From Podarcis tiliguerta (taxonomy: Eukaryota): a stretch of 64,000 nt of DNA. The DNA lies in assembly GCA_965153285.1 (NCBI GenBank), contig OZ229119.1; one strand, written 5' to 3'. The notes under the pieces are model-generated. The model did not search any database. It was not told where the DNA came from and saw only the letters and a program-made list of their open reading frames with translations. Shown one piece after another: positions 24,801 through 36,957 of this stretch; the stretch's first letter is position 1; every line of letters starts with the position of its first letter. The translations under genes were made by a program, and so were the position numbers.

Positions 24801-26965
24801 CATTATTTAAAAGGCATCAAAATCCTACAGACTGATGATTTGGTCACTCATTGGCTCAGTCTACATAATATTCTATGTGTACATATACTGTATGCACAGG
24901 AAACACTGCTCCCATTATGCTTCTCCATGTGTGCATCCTTAGCAATGCTTGTCACAACTACTTTTCTAGTCTAGACACAATTAATACTTCGAATTCTGTA
25001 CTGTTTAAACCACTTAAGCACAATATTGTTCCAAATTCTAACATGCTAAGATTAGTACCAAAGCAGTCCCAATTTCTTTTGGATGTAAAGATCTACCACA
25101 GAATTCCTGATTCAACCTGGGGATTGCTGTTAATCCATATGACCCCAGAAAGCATTTGTCAGCCTAACCCTGTTGTCTTTGAATGTGAGTTTTGAGCATC
25201 ACCAAGCAGGTGTACATATAACAGTGCCTATCATGCAAGCAGCTGCCTATTTATTTTATCAGTGTAAGGGTTCCTTACTGGCAGCCTTTATCCCAATGGA
25301 CTCTATGTTTCACAGCTGATTTTTCATTTTATATGTTGTGCCAGGCACATGCACTTCTAATTAAATTTATAGGCTATTCATGTGTGAAACCTTTGGCAAG
25401 GTCTCAAGAGCGTGGCTTCCACTTCCCAGTCTTTTTAAAAGGGTATACACAGCCATCTGAAGTATTTTATACCCTGGCTTCTTTACCCAAATGTAAGACA
25501 TAATGCAAGATCAGACATAATTTGTGTTTAGGTTACCAGCTAATAAACTATTAGAATCAGGCTCTATATCAGATTTTGCCAGCAGTGCCAATTTACCTGA
25601 GAGCTCCATTCATGCTAGAATGAATGCAGCTGCTGAACCAGCAATTCAATGCCACAAATGCCTAGAAGGGTACTTGAAGACACATACAAACATTCATAAT
25701 GACACTACTGTTTACTATTCAACAATGAAAGAGAAATTAGGTGCAATATTTATTATTTCACTTTGTCTTATAGTAGTACCTGGGCATATTTTGCCAAGAT
25801 CTCCTGAGGCCAAATGCTGGGTGTGAGAGCAGAGAAGGGCCCACCAGCAGTAGGGGTACAGCTTCCTATATGTAAAAACATTACAAACATACACAACAAT
25901 GGAACACAAGGGACAGGAAAGTCACACTAACACTTCTGTGATTAACCAATCCTAAAACACTTCACAAGACTCTGTCTCCAGTTTTGTGCTACTAAAGTCC
26001 AGAAATCACCATAAGGAAACTGTGGACACATGGAAACATGGAAAAGCAACTAAATTATGCAGGATAGCCCAAGTAACTCAGATATGTATGTAGGATTAAA
26101 TTCATTTTTCACAAGCATGGGAATAACTATTGTTCTAGAAGGGGTGGGGGGAACAGATGGAAAATTCCTCTGAATATACCATGTGAACCCCAATTCTTCT
26201 CAAACCTTTGAAGTGCTAAATTCAAAACACACTTATTTCAGCACAGCTTCTTATTGCCTTCTTTTATTGACAACCAGGAAAGTATTCCTAATGTATTAGT
26301 TAGGGGCATTGTAAACCAGTCATGGCCTTGCTAGAGATCTTTACTCAGACCCAGACTTTCTGCAAGCAGAAAAGCTACTCATACTATGGGGCCTTTGTTC
26401 CCCTTCCTTTTCCGACCCATCCCAAAAAGCTGCTTGTGAGGGTTAGGGATACCTTCAGAATGGCCCAGGAGGGAGTACAGAACACAGCGGGGGGGGGGGG
26501 GGGGGAGAGAAACTGCAAGAATCCAACCACTGACACATTCAAGCTTCTTCCTCATTGTGCATTCCCCCATCTACTGCAATCTCCCATACTCCGTTCCTCC
26601 TGAGCAGCTTTGGGGGGCAAAGGGGACTGCAATGGGGAGGAAAAGGTGGGGGAAAATGGCCTTCCACTCAAAAATCCGGATCAAGCCAGTGATTTACATA
26701 TTCTGTTCTTGTAAATATGGTAGTGTTAACTGAGTTTTCTGTCTGAGAGCTAGAGAAAAGTAAATGAAAAGATGTCTGTGATTCTGTCTGTCCGATCTGA
26801 TGAGCAGCCTGACTCTCTGAAGTTTCAAAACACTACATGACACATGTAGCTAACTGGAATAAAGTTAACAACACTGGTATGGTTGGCTTGGTCTTTTCTG
26901 AAAACTGGAAGGATTTTGATAAAGTATCAAAATTACTAATAATTGATTAAGGGCTTACCTGACAT
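9808..26965 (-). CDS. SGSM3: Small G protein signaling modulator 3 (TBC Rab-GAP, SH3, RUN domains), 21 coding exons, 751 aa
   Basis: Spliced translation [29 protein letters not shown]...[15 protein letters not shown]...GYCQGTGM...[21 protein letters not shown]...[11 protein letters not shown]; exon lengths sum to 2256 nt. Confidence 0.97.
10136..10196 (-). CDS. SGSM3: SGSM3 exon ([20 protein letters not shown])
   Basis: ttgcag|A ... GAG|gtaagc; 61 nt. Confidence 0.95.
11453..11575 (-). CDS. SGSM3: SGSM3 exon ([14 protein letters not shown]...IKCEL)
   Basis: ttcag|T GAG ... AG|gtaggt; 123 nt. Confidence 0.95.
11816..11901 (-). CDS. SGSM3: SGSM3 exon ([28 protein letters not shown])
   Basis: ttgcag|GCG ... 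AA|gtgagt; 86 nt. Confidence 0.95.
12181..12229 (-). CDS. SGSM3: SGSM3 exon ([16 protein letters not shown])
   Basis: ttctag|G ... CGG|gtaagc; 49 nt. Confidence 0.95.
12770..12840 (-). CDS. SGSM3: SGSM3 exon ([23 protein letters not shown])
   Basis: tctag|GCT ... AG|gtaaat; 71 nt. Confidence 0.95.
13038..13190 (-). CDS. SGSM3: SGSM3 exon ([12 protein letters not shown]...WLFIEE; RUN start)
   Basis: ctctaag|TAT ... GAG|gtaaga; 153 nt. Confidence 0.94.
13878..13927 (-). CDS. SGSM3: SGSM3 exon ([17 protein letters not shown])
   Basis: tatag|GT ... GAG|gtaatg; 50 nt. Confidence 0.95.
14105..14159 (-). CDS. SGSM3: SGSM3 exon ([18 protein letters not shown])
   Basis: tgcag|ATC ... AGA G|gtaagt; 55 nt. 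Confidence 0.95.
14402..14557 (-). CDS. SGSM3: SGSM3 exon ([10 protein letters not shown]...NDIIT; SH3 start)
   Basis: accag|GAT ... ACG|gtacga; 156 nt. Confidence 0.95.
14776..14903 (-). CDS. SGSM3: SGSM3 exon ([14 protein letters not shown]...SCSI)
   Basis: ttccag|GG ... ATA|gtgagt; 128 nt. Confidence 0.95.
16340..16557 (+). mobile_element. Non-autonomous Tc1/mariner-superfamily (Tigger/pogo-like) MITE, family A
   Basis: TIR CAGTGGTACCT...AGGTACTACTG, TA on both sides; homologous to four other copies in the window. Confidence 0.85.
16821..16875 (-). CDS. SGSM3: SGSM3 exon ([18 protein letters not shown])
   Basis: ctcag|ATT ... TTT G|gtaagg; 55 nt. Confidence 0.94.
16985..17026 (+). repeat. 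(ACAT)n microsatellite
   Basis: About 9-10 tetranucleotide units. Confidence 0.9.
17468..17692 (-). CDS. SGSM3: SGSM3 exon (EDELIQSEN...VNLSK)
   Basis: atgcag|GAA ... AAG|gtgtgt; 225 nt. Confidence 0.95.
18250..18395 (-). CDS. SGSM3: SGSM3 exon ([10 protein letters not shown]...MLSMK)
   Basis: cacag|AG ... AAG|gtaagc; 146 nt. Confidence 0.95.
19072..19267 (-). CDS. SGSM3: SGSM3 exon ([16 protein letters not shown]...EHDI)
   Basis: gctag|GTA ... ATT G|gtgaga; 196 nt. Confidence 0.95.
19295..19540. mobile_element. Tigger/pogo-like MITE, family B (palindromic, internal TCGTCTTGCGAAG repeats)
   Basis: TIRs CAGTGGTGCCTCGCAAGACGAA / TTCGTCTTGCGAGGTACCACTG, TA flanks. Confidence 0.85.
21411..21554 (-). 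CDS. SGSM3: SGSM3 exon with TBC IxxDxxR and YxQ motifs
   Basis: gttag|ATT GAG AAG GAT ... ATG|gtaaat; 144 nt. Confidence 0.95.
21964..22087. mobile_element. Decayed hAT-like palindromic MITE; related copies at about 28419-28546 and 43236-43358
   Basis: Shared gatgttg.tggact..a.ctccca / tggga.ttg.agtcca..acatctgga inverted structure. Confidence 0.6.
22431..22648. mobile_element. Palindromic MITE-like element
   Basis: About 90-nt imperfect inverted arms (atttaaagcac...ggaactatagttt / aaactacacttc...gtactttaaat). Confidence 0.55.
23258..23365 (-). CDS. SGSM3: SGSM3 exon (LWMRLSGA...IAAKQ)
   Basis: cccag|CTG ... CAA|gtgggt; 108 nt. Confidence 0.95.
23461..23669 (-). CDS. SGSM3: SGSM3 exon (DGAEPNS...GIPHSMRPQ)
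   Basis: ctacag|AT ... CAG|gtgagg; 209 nt. Confidence 0.95.
24508..24574 (-). CDS. SGSM3: SGSM3 exon ([22 protein letters not shown]), GC donor
   Basis: ttccag|AAA ... GAA G|gcaagg; 67 nt, phase fits next exon. Confidence 0.9.
25780..25865 (-). CDS. SGSM3: SGSM3 exon ([29 protein letters not shown])
   Basis: tatag|GA ... CAG|gtacta; 86 nt. Confidence 0.93.
26959..26965 (-). CDS. SGSM3: SGSM3 start-codon exon (coding ATG TCA G; whole exon 26959..27021)
   Basis: GCCACCATG Kozak, G|gtaagc donor, acceptor taacag; in-frame TGA upstream. Confidence 0.85.
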
Positions 26966-28145
26966 GGTGGCAGTGGAACGTGGGCAATGGTGGCTATTTT
27001 ACTCTTCAGAAGGTCACTGCCCTGTTACAACATAGATGCAGGCATAATACAGAAAGAATAAAGCAATTAATCTTGGGACCAACAAACTATGCATAACAAG
27101 TATAGTTGATTCACTGTTAGCTGCTCTCTAATCAGAGCCAACACTAGTTAAATCAATCCTTACCAAATAAACTTATTTCTATGTTCCAAGAGTAACTCTA
27201 TGTCAGGAGTCAACACATAAAGGAAGCCATTCAAGTGTAGGAGATGAAGTATTGGACTTCAAATGTCTGCTCAGCTATCTTTACAGAATAATCCTGGGCA
27301 TGTTCACATCTTGGTTAGTGTAATATATACATGCAGGCCCTACTTATCAAAGGCAATGTGTTCCTGGGAAACCGTTTGTTAGGCGAGAGTTAGCATAACA
27401 AGTCCACGATTTACATTATTTCTTTTGGAATTTTTTTTTAAAGCATTTATTAATTTTCCAATAAGAACATCTAATTAAGATATCAAATCAAATAAAAAAA
27501 AAAACTAAAATAAAAAAGTCCAATTGTCTTCCAAATTATAATCTTAATTTTTATTTTGAAATATTTCTAATGCAGGATGTGTATGATCTCCTTCCCCCAT
27601 CTCTCCACAGTTTCTTCCTGAAATGGCTGCAGCCCATCAGCAAAAGCGAGACAGATAAAAACAAACTAATTTATCCAATCTCTCCTGCTCCCATCTCCCT
27701 CTGTCCATGGTTTCTGTCTGAAAAGGCTGCCTCCAGACAGCAAAGCACAAACAAGGAAATAAGGAAGCCAAATGTTCGGATATCTGAGTCTGCAGTGCAT
27801 ATAATGAAGTTTGGGCATAATTCTTTATATGCAGATAAGTGATTTTAAGATAGCAAGTGTACAGATAGCAGGGTCTACATGTATATGTTTGTCCTAGCAC
27901 AGATTATGTCTGATCTTGCATTATGTTTGTCCTAGCACTTAAACTGACACTGGTGTAGTTTTCCAGTATTATGGGGCAGGTCTAAATGTTAAGCTTTAAA
28001 TTAAAAGTAACAGAAGGAGTATAGCTTCCTATAATTAAAACATGAAGATGGAAGTATCGACAAGCAGGATACGGTAGCATTTAATTTAACGATTCAGCTA
28101 CACAAGTCTAGCTAAGGGAGTCACCATGACACTGTATGTCCATTT

Positions 28146-28146
28146 C

Positions 28147-28190
<44 letters not shown>
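28146..28190 (+). repeat. (AAT)n microsatellite at a LINE tail
   Basis: About 14 AAT units. Confidence 0.9.
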
Positions 28191-28193
<3 letters not shown>

Positions 28194-31100
28194 ATCATCC
28201 CGCCCATCTGTCTGGGTCTCCCCAGCCATTCTGGGTGGCTTACAGCACACAAAAAATGTAAAACATTAGACATTAAAAATTCCCTGATACAGAGCTGCCT
28301 TCAGATTTTCAACTCCAACCTTTCCAGAGAAATGTTAACACCATTGACTGTCTCTGTAAAAATAATACATGATGTCCCCTACACAAGTTTCCCTTGACAG
28401 CTAGTAGTTGGTATATGCCAGGGGTGGAAACCTGTGGCCCTCCATACACTGCTGGACTTCAGCGCCCAACAGCTGCAACCAATGGCTAGGAATTATGGGA
28501 GGTGCAGTCCTACATCACCTGGGGGGCCAACGGTTCCCCATTACTGGTGTTTACTATCAAATATAAATACAAACCTGACACAGTAGGCCTCAGAGGTTCA
28601 CTGCTTGTTGCTTTTCCCAAGCAAAAGCAGACATTGCCGGGACTGAAATGGTTCAGAATCTCCACGTTGGAGGCTACTGCAAGAAAGAAGTCAAACAGAC
28701 CTTCACAAAGATGAGCGATGACAATTATTTTGTTTCTAAATTTGAAAACCTGTTCAAGTTTCTCGATACTTGAACACACTTTCTCAATACAGTTTTCTCA
28801 CCTGTCACTTTCACTCTGAGTAGCAGCAAGAAGTGAAAACAACTTTCTTGAGAAGTTGCATTTCCTCACAACTTGAATACAATATCAAAATGTTGCTACA
28901 CTGGAAGACCTCTTGGTCACTAAGGGATTTGTACGGTGGCCTAGTTACTCTTGGGCTTGATTCCCATTTTTCAGACCAGGAAATCTCAAGGAACTATTCC
29001 AAGGCAAGAATGAGAAAAAAAATTCTAGAGCACCCTATATGTTCAAAGAACTACATAAATTATTATAAATAATATGGTAGTCCAAGGCTGCCTAGACTAT
29101 CATGTTCATAAATCAATTTTGCAGCATTCTACTAATCCCTGTCTCTGCTGCATTTTGGGGCTGCCAGCATGGTTTCTGAGCAGTATCTAGAACATGGAAG
29201 AAAACTATCTAAAGTTTTGAGGTGACTGTCGGAAACATCATTTTAAAAGTTTTTTAAAAAACCTGCAGAAAATTAAACCAATGTTGGATGGAAATTTTTG
29301 GAATATGGAAGATGGAATATTCATATACAGAGACACTTTTTCACTCCTGTGAAGATCTCTTATCATTATTACTAAAATTTGTTTACTGCCTTTCATCTGA
29401 AGATCATAGCATAGAAAATCAAAATGAGAGCGCAAAATACATAATAAAACAAAAACCAAACAACAAATCCATAATCCCCATCCCACACACACATTTAAAA
29501 GGCCATGGAATGTTAATCAGCCAACGGCCTGGTTATAGAGAAATGTTTTCGCCTGGCCCATAAAGATATGTAATGAGGGCACCAGGCAAGCTCTAAACAG
29601 CTTGGGACACAGATATCTGCAAGAATGCCTTCTTGAAAAATAGCTTGCCCATGTTTCAAGATCAGCAGATGAGTCCTCATGGTGCTCTCTTCTCAGGACA
29701 AGGTATGTGGAAAAAGGCATTTGCAGTGGCAGCTCCTTTTATGTTGAGCTCCCTCCCTATCAAGGTGCATTTGGCCTCACCTTTGGCAGATAGTTCAGCT
29801 GCACCTTTTTAAGCAGGTGCCTGAAGAGGGGAGGACCTGATTGCTGCTGCTATTAGCAATTGCACTACAGTGATTTGTTATGTGCTTATGTGGATTGTGT
29901 TATTTTATGGATTTTATGCATTGCGTTATCAATTTGCCTGTTATAAACTGCCCTGTGACTTTTGCAGAGGATAGTGTATCTAAATAGATACACTACTCAG
30001 GTGTCTACTCAGAAGTAAGTCTTACAGAATTCAATGAGGCTTACTCCCAGGTTTGTGGAGTTAGGATTGCAGACTAACAAATCCATTGTCACAGACAAGA
30101 GTACTCCATCAGAGTACTCCAACATGGAATGTGAAAGACAATATGTATCAGAGAAAGTCATATTGCCAAGGTCCTTTTCAGACTAAGGTAATAAAGGCAG
30201 TTATGTGAGAATTTCTTTCTCCTCTAAAATAATAGGCAGCCATGTCTAATGTGTTGCATGATCACCAGCCCACTCCTCCTACCTATTCCCTCCCACCCCT
30301 GCACAGCTCACTAAACTTATTCATAAATAGCTGAATATTAAATAAACTGAACTAGGTGGGCAGGTTTTTCCTGCCTTTGGTTGCTATGGAGCATTCCTTA
30401 GCAACTGCTTTCAAGACCTGACAAAGAGGAAGAGATGCAGGCAAACACAGCACTGCTAAAGGAAAGTTGCAAAAGAGGGTGGATGAATCACACCTGGTGA
30501 CCAGAAAGGGGCCATAAATTGGGATGCAAGGAAGGAGGAGATTAAGTTATGGGAACCAAGCCAGACATCTAGGGTTTATAGAATAAAGGTGTCAGTCTTA
30601 TACTAAACTCCTTTCTCAAGCAGAGCTGTTCTATTAAGCTTCTACCTGTAAAAAAAATATTGATGGTTTTCATAAGTCTATTAAACATTTAGTGCTGCTT
30701 TTCAGAGCTGAAAAAACAAGGGAACAATATTAATGCTACCTCAACGCTCTACAAAGATAAATATCAGGTCACTCCATTAAAAATCCTTCACATGGCTGGA
30801 CATTAATGTCAACAGGTGATATCCAATGTTAGTGATAATCACTCAGTTTAGGTCTACATAAATATGACTTAGTTGGTTATTTATTACCCAATGTGTTCCT
30901 ACTTATTTAAGCACCATCACATACCTAAATGCACTTCTGCAATGACATTTTATTCAGGTGAACAAGCGCCCAGAGCAACTCATAATTAGTCTGCACTACT
31001 GCTATAAACATATTATTTAACCAAGAGGTAAACCCAAGGTAAACCAACGTTGTTTATTAAACAAAGAATAACAAGTGGCATCACAAGAGCTCCAGCAAGG

Positions 31101-34100
31101 ACTCTGCCTACAGAAACTGCCGACAAGGCCCTGTCACGTGATGAGTACCTTTCAATCAAGAGAACTTCGAGACACATTTTAAGCAAAGAGTACCAAATAT
31201 TAAGTTCTTTCATTCTTGCTACACTTTCAGAATGCAGGAGGGGAGATCTTAGAAGGCAACAAAATTAGCGCTGCATACTAGCAGAATTCTTATATATTTG
31301 GTGACAAAGTAATACAATATATTGGAAATATCTTCCAGGAGTTATCAAGGAATGTATAAGATATGTTTTGGAGTTTACTATAGAGGTTATTTTGCTGAAG
31401 AATTGAAGAAATTTTATTTTTTTAAAAGAGCAATGCTTGACAATTTATTAGCAGAATCCAAAATTCTTGCAAACATTTGTAAATGTGACCAAAAAATGTT
31501 AGTGAAAGAATGGCCAAGACAAACATATAAAACGCATTAGTAATAGAGCAATAAATACAGAAATAAAGTCACAACTGATTTGCCTGATGCCAGGGGTACC
31601 AGAACACGAACAATGTTTGTGAAAGCAAAAACTATTGATGTTATAAAGCTGGTGGTTGTTTAGATTTTGTAGCCATTTTATGTAATTTTCCAGTTAGTTT
31701 ATTAGATGATTTAAGGATAGTAAGTTTTTTTAAAAAAAGATATATGAAATATTTCCTTAAAAATACCTCATATAGATCTTAAAAAGGTATTAAAATATAG
31801 ACATGAGAGGGAAGCAACTGATTCACTATAGATTAACATTTTAATAGCCCTCAGTCTTAGGTGTTTCCTAGAGTGAGCTAGGCCCATGCAAGCAATAAAA
31901 GCTGTTCAACATGACACGTGGAATTTGTAAAAACTCAAGCTACGTAGCATGGTGAAAAAGGAAAGGTTATGTCAACTGAAGGAAGTGTTAAGGCCACTCC
32001 TTATACCTATTCTTATCCCATCTGTCATGAATGTCTACTTCTCTATTGTTTAGTAGAAGCTAAGAAGAGCTCCTCCCCATTCAGAAATCAAATATTAACT
32101 TGAAGAATTAATGCCAATTCTAGGTAAAGCATACACACCTGCAACAGGGCAGTAACAGATAAGAGAGGTAAGGGTAGGATCAGGAGAACATCTGTTGTGG
32201 TTTGATTTGTTAAATGAATATTTTTTCCTGAGGGTTTATTAAAGCAACATGCTAGTTACAGTGCATAAGGGGTTTTGTATGCAGTTTTAAAGGGACACAA
32301 CCAATGTGGATTGCTGAACATGTTTTCATATTTAACTCTACAGAATCCCACATGTAACATGTCCCCAAGTGAGAAATGCTGAAAGTCAAACATCCCAAAC
32401 TCCTGCAAAGAGACTTTTGGCACCTTCAATGACTCACGGATGTTCAGTCCCAAACATTACATTACATTTTTGCCTTGTTACCTGGACAATAATATATTGC
32501 CTCACACATCACTACAATAGACTGTTGCAAAGCAAAACAGGATAATTAAACAGAAAGTTGTAATTCTGTAATCAAAAGAAACTACAGCAATTGCTGAAAA
32601 TCAACTACCCTTGGTATTTTGGAAATACCAAAAATACACCACTTCAGAAGAACTTTCTCATATAAACTCAGACGTTTGTGTCCCTCAGACTCCAATGCGT
32701 TTTCTTACTTAAGGACCTTTATAAAAGCCTTTGTTTATTCTAATTCTAGGAACCCCTGAAAGTGACCCTTATCCAAGGCACAGAGTTGAGCCCAATGCTG
32801 TGCATTTACAAGTGGAACAAGCTTCACTTGTGCCAAGAGACACCTCCCCTTCCTCCCATTGCCCCTGCAGTCCACTATGAGTTCCAAATCTGCTTAAGAG
32901 CATCCCCTAACCCTCCAGAGCAGTTTAGTGCAGGGGGCGCAGTGGAGAAAAGAGGACGGGCAAGTTGCATTGTGAGAGTGCACAACACTAGATTCTATCG
33001 TAAGCAGCTCTTAAGGCAAGGAATACATCAATACAGAACACTCCCATGCATGGTTACTCAAAAATAAATCCTATTAGGTTCTATGAGCTTAGTCCCAAAT
33101 CGAACCAGGTCTACTCAGAAGTAAGTACAATTGAATTTAGTAGGGCATACTCCCATTTAAGTGGGATTAGGACTGCAGCCTAGCTGCATGTTAGCATAGC
33201 AAGTCTACATTTACTTGGAAGTAAGTCACAAAGAATAAAGAACAGCTGTTATGATACAGTTAATTTAACAGCAAGTCCAGCTGAACTCACTAGGACTTAT
33301 TACTGGATAAACAGGCATAGGGTCCGTCTGTTAGAACTGAAAGATCACATGATTTGGTCACTTGCAAGCAATCAGCTACTTCAAAGGAGAAAACAGATCA
33401 CATTACAGGACTGAGAACTAGAAAAGTTGAAAGAAAGGGAAACAAAAAATGAACAGGGAACATGCAAGGAAACAAACAAACAAATCTAATCATGAATGCT
33501 TTGAGGGGGGAAAATGAGTCAGAAAACTGCAGTGTGGTCCTGTGAGTCATCAAAGCACAACAATTAATCTTTCAATGAAATATTGAAAAATACTGGTATC
33601 ACTCCAGATGAAGGAGCATGCCCTTTTTATAAAATGAAACTGGAATCTACAACAGCACCTGGCATTAGTTTAGGTAATCAGTGTAACTTGAGATAATGAA
33701 ACTCAGATGAAGCAACAGCTTCTGAGATTCAATATCCTTGATCTGGATTTTTTTTCTTCCAGTAGACTGATTAGAATTCATAATGTGGGTACAATTCTGG
33801 CAAGTTCTAAACCTCAAGCTACATACTAGTAATAGGATTAGTGATATCTCAGATTGTCATTATAGTGAATGGAGGGCACAAAAAGGGAGGAAAGCCTAGG
33901 CAAGCAAAGTAGTTACGTACAAACAGGAATTTGGTTGGGAGAGGGGCAGACAAAACAAAACCTGCCTCACAGCACAAGTACACACTGATCCGCATATGCA
34001 TTTGGGACAGCCCTGTGCACAGAACAGTGCTAAAGGAATAGAAGATTTTGCTTCATGGACTGTTGTATTAATTGAAACCTTGTTTCTCCATACACCCTTC

Positions 34101-35049
34101 TAGAAAAATTGGGTAGGATATAAACATGTTAGAAGAGGAAAGTATTAATAGATGGACACAAAAGCATCAGAAACAGGGGGGAGATAATTAGAGGAAAGAG
34201 AAAAGCACTGCACAGGATGTTCTATGTCAAGCGACACCTGACAGTGCCATCAAGTGGGAAATGTGTGAATGCAATAGAATTATTATAGATTACACCTGCC
34301 CTTGTTACAACAGCAGATATTTCCCTTATGAAATGCTATAAATCCATTTCTGTTTAAAAGTATCCCATACAAAATATCACTCTAGTCTCCTCTACATAAT
34401 ATTCTCAATAATACAAACTAGTTAGCACACACTTATTTAAAATAGCAGGGCAAAAGTGAAGCATGTATAATACACTGATAACATAAGTCAATAGTAGGAA
34501 AATTGGGTTACCTATTTATAGCTGGTCATACATTTAACTGTCTCCCCCCACCCCCTTACCTATGGATTGCTCTGTTGATCTGCAGAGGGGGAATCCAAAA
34601 TCCATTGTAGTTTAATAACATTATTCGGAGTTTAATTAGATTAGAAAGTCCTAGCTGAAAAACACATTCTAATCTAATTAAACATGCATAACCCTTCCTG
34701 ACCCTCCATCTTACAAACTGCAGATTTGGGGGCTTTTAAAATCATGTCTTTCCCACCCCCCTCACACCGTTTTCCTTGTCCACTTTGGGTAAAAGCTAGC
34801 CTGAAGAACACTTTTTCTGGAGGATGCAAAAGCTTGCTGGCTACTTTGTGAATTTTAGCTGGCCATCACAAAGGCATGACAAGACATGTGAGCCTCATCA
34901 ATAAAGGATAAACTAGTCCAGACCTTGGTGGCCACCTTCTTAGCCTGTTGAGTTTTGGAAGAGGAAGAAGCAGATACAACGCTGACACCCTCTCTGTCGG
35001 CTTCCATTTAGACCAGATGATCTGCTATCAGGCATAACAGGTTTGCTTC

Positions 35050-35720
35050 ATCGAAATAAGTGTCTCTCCTACTTACAGTGGCAGCGTTTCCCCGACGGCC
35101 AGCTCGAGAACAAGACCTTAATTTCGCAGGGGGCGAGGAAAGGCGAAAGGTGCGGGGATTCCTAACCGCCTCCCCAAACCAGATCTACGTCATGTGACCC
35201 GTCAGCGCCCTCCCCACCTGGTTTATGGCCACCTCTCTTCCACCTGCCTTCACCTGGGCGTGGGGAGGGGCAATTCTTTTAAGGCTCCGGCCCTCAGTCG
35301 GCCACCCACATGGGGGGGGGGAGCCTGACCCTCAGCCACTCCGTCCATCCACACACGCAAACAGGACGCCTGTTCTCGGGGGTCCCCGCCTGCTGCTTCT
35401 TCCTCCTCCTCTCTCCACACAAACCCCCTTGCCTGCTCCCCTCTTGTCTCCACCCACCAGCAACCCGTCCCTCTTGCCTGCGCGCCCGCCCGCCCATCCA
35501 TACGGACTCCCGGCGCTCACCTTCGTCCACGGCTTCAGCCTTCCCCCACTTCTTCCCCGCATCTAGTTCCCGTCAGCGCCTACCGAGCCCACGACGCATG
35601 CGCAGCAACCAAAGCCCCACCACGACCGTGACGCCAACGCCGCAGAGCATCACGGGAACTGTAGTCGCTAGAATCTTCGACTCTAAGCATCGGTATTCAA
35701 AGGGGACGAAGGCTGCTGCT
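35050..35720 (-). promoter_or_regulatory. SGSM3: SGSM3 CpG-island promoter; non-coding exon 1 probably ends at 35521 (GAAG|gtgagc)
   Basis: CpG-dense; NRF1-like CGCATGCGCA at 35595-35604; ZNF143/THAP11-type GACTACAGTTCCC on - at 35654-35666; strong donor site. Confidence 0.75.
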
Positions 35721-36951
35721 GCTGCTGCCTGCAATCCTGGCCCTGGCCCCACTTGCCTGGGAGCAACTCCTTGGATTTAGCAGGATTTAGTTCAGAGAAG
35801 AGGCGGTTAGGATTGCAGCCGATTTTATTGTTTTAAAAACGGGACTACTTGTCAGCGGGGTAAAAGTGACGACTGCCCTTAAAGAACTATGGAAAAATCC
35901 AGGATTTCAGCGTTTAAACTGTGACTGTGCAGCTCACTCTGTCCGGTGCCCTCCACCCAAAGGGAGAAAATATATAATCAAGAATGGCGTTCATTTTGTT
36001 TTCCAATTCTGTCCTTATTTTGTCCGAAATTAATATGATAAAATAATACAGCAGCTATTGCTTCTCCCTGGATTTCCTAAATTATAAGCCTGCTCCATTG
36101 CACCCCAAAGCAGGGCTTTTGTGTGCGGCTGCCCATCTTGTTGAAACAGCATCCCTAAGAGACATGCCTGCTACTTTTCGTTTTCTGAAACAACGGAAGA
36201 CACCCTTGTTTGGACAAGCTTTCCCAGCTGGGTTAATTTTTCTTTAGGTTGATATTTGTATTGTTATTGAACCTATTTTAGTTGTTTTATTTTATGGTTG
36301 TAAAATGCACACGTATGAAAGGCGTTTCAAAAATAAATAGCAACAACAGTGTTAAACTTTTTATTATGATTAAAAAAAGACTGGGCTGAAAATGCAAATC
36401 CCTATATTGCAAGTGGATTGCAATGTGATCTACTATTGTTTATCCTCATGCTGCAAATTGGGGCAGCTCAGCAACTGAGGCGTAGCACACCCTGTTATGC
36501 AGCATGCTCTTAAAATAGCAAGTTGGAGGTGGAACTAAGGCTGACCTGCTGATTTACAACAGCCCTGCAATGTAGCCACGCCCTGTATAGTCCAAGATTG
36601 CATACTAGTGTTTCCCACAACTTTAGTTCTCGTGTCATGTGATGGGATCTGAAGATGAGGGGATCTCTTTACAATGCAGGAATCTAGTCTGCCTGCCAAT
36701 TGCTGGGGCTCATGAGCAGGAAAGAGGACTATTGTGCTCATGTCCTGCTTGTGGGCTTCCCAGGGGCAACTACTCAGCCAGTGAGGGAAGCATGACGCTG
36801 TTCCAAAGAAGTCTTTAGTCTGAACCAGCAGGGCTCTCTTTATGTTCTTAAATCTGGTTAAACCGAGCCCTCGGCCCCACCTCCTTCCAAGCCCAATGCC
36901 GGAGCTCAAATGAATACAGACACCTTGTGACTCTCCGGAAATGTGACGTAC

Positions 36952-36957
36952 TTTTAT
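36952..36957 (-). terminator. Candidate ADSL poly(A) signal AATAAA
   Basis: tttatt on + about 950 nt past the ADSL stop; usage not verified. Confidence 0.4.

Noticed and set aside
35225-35780. Several Pro/Gly/Arg-rich ORFs
   Set aside because: Stop-poor CpG island of the SGSM3 promoter; no recognisable protein
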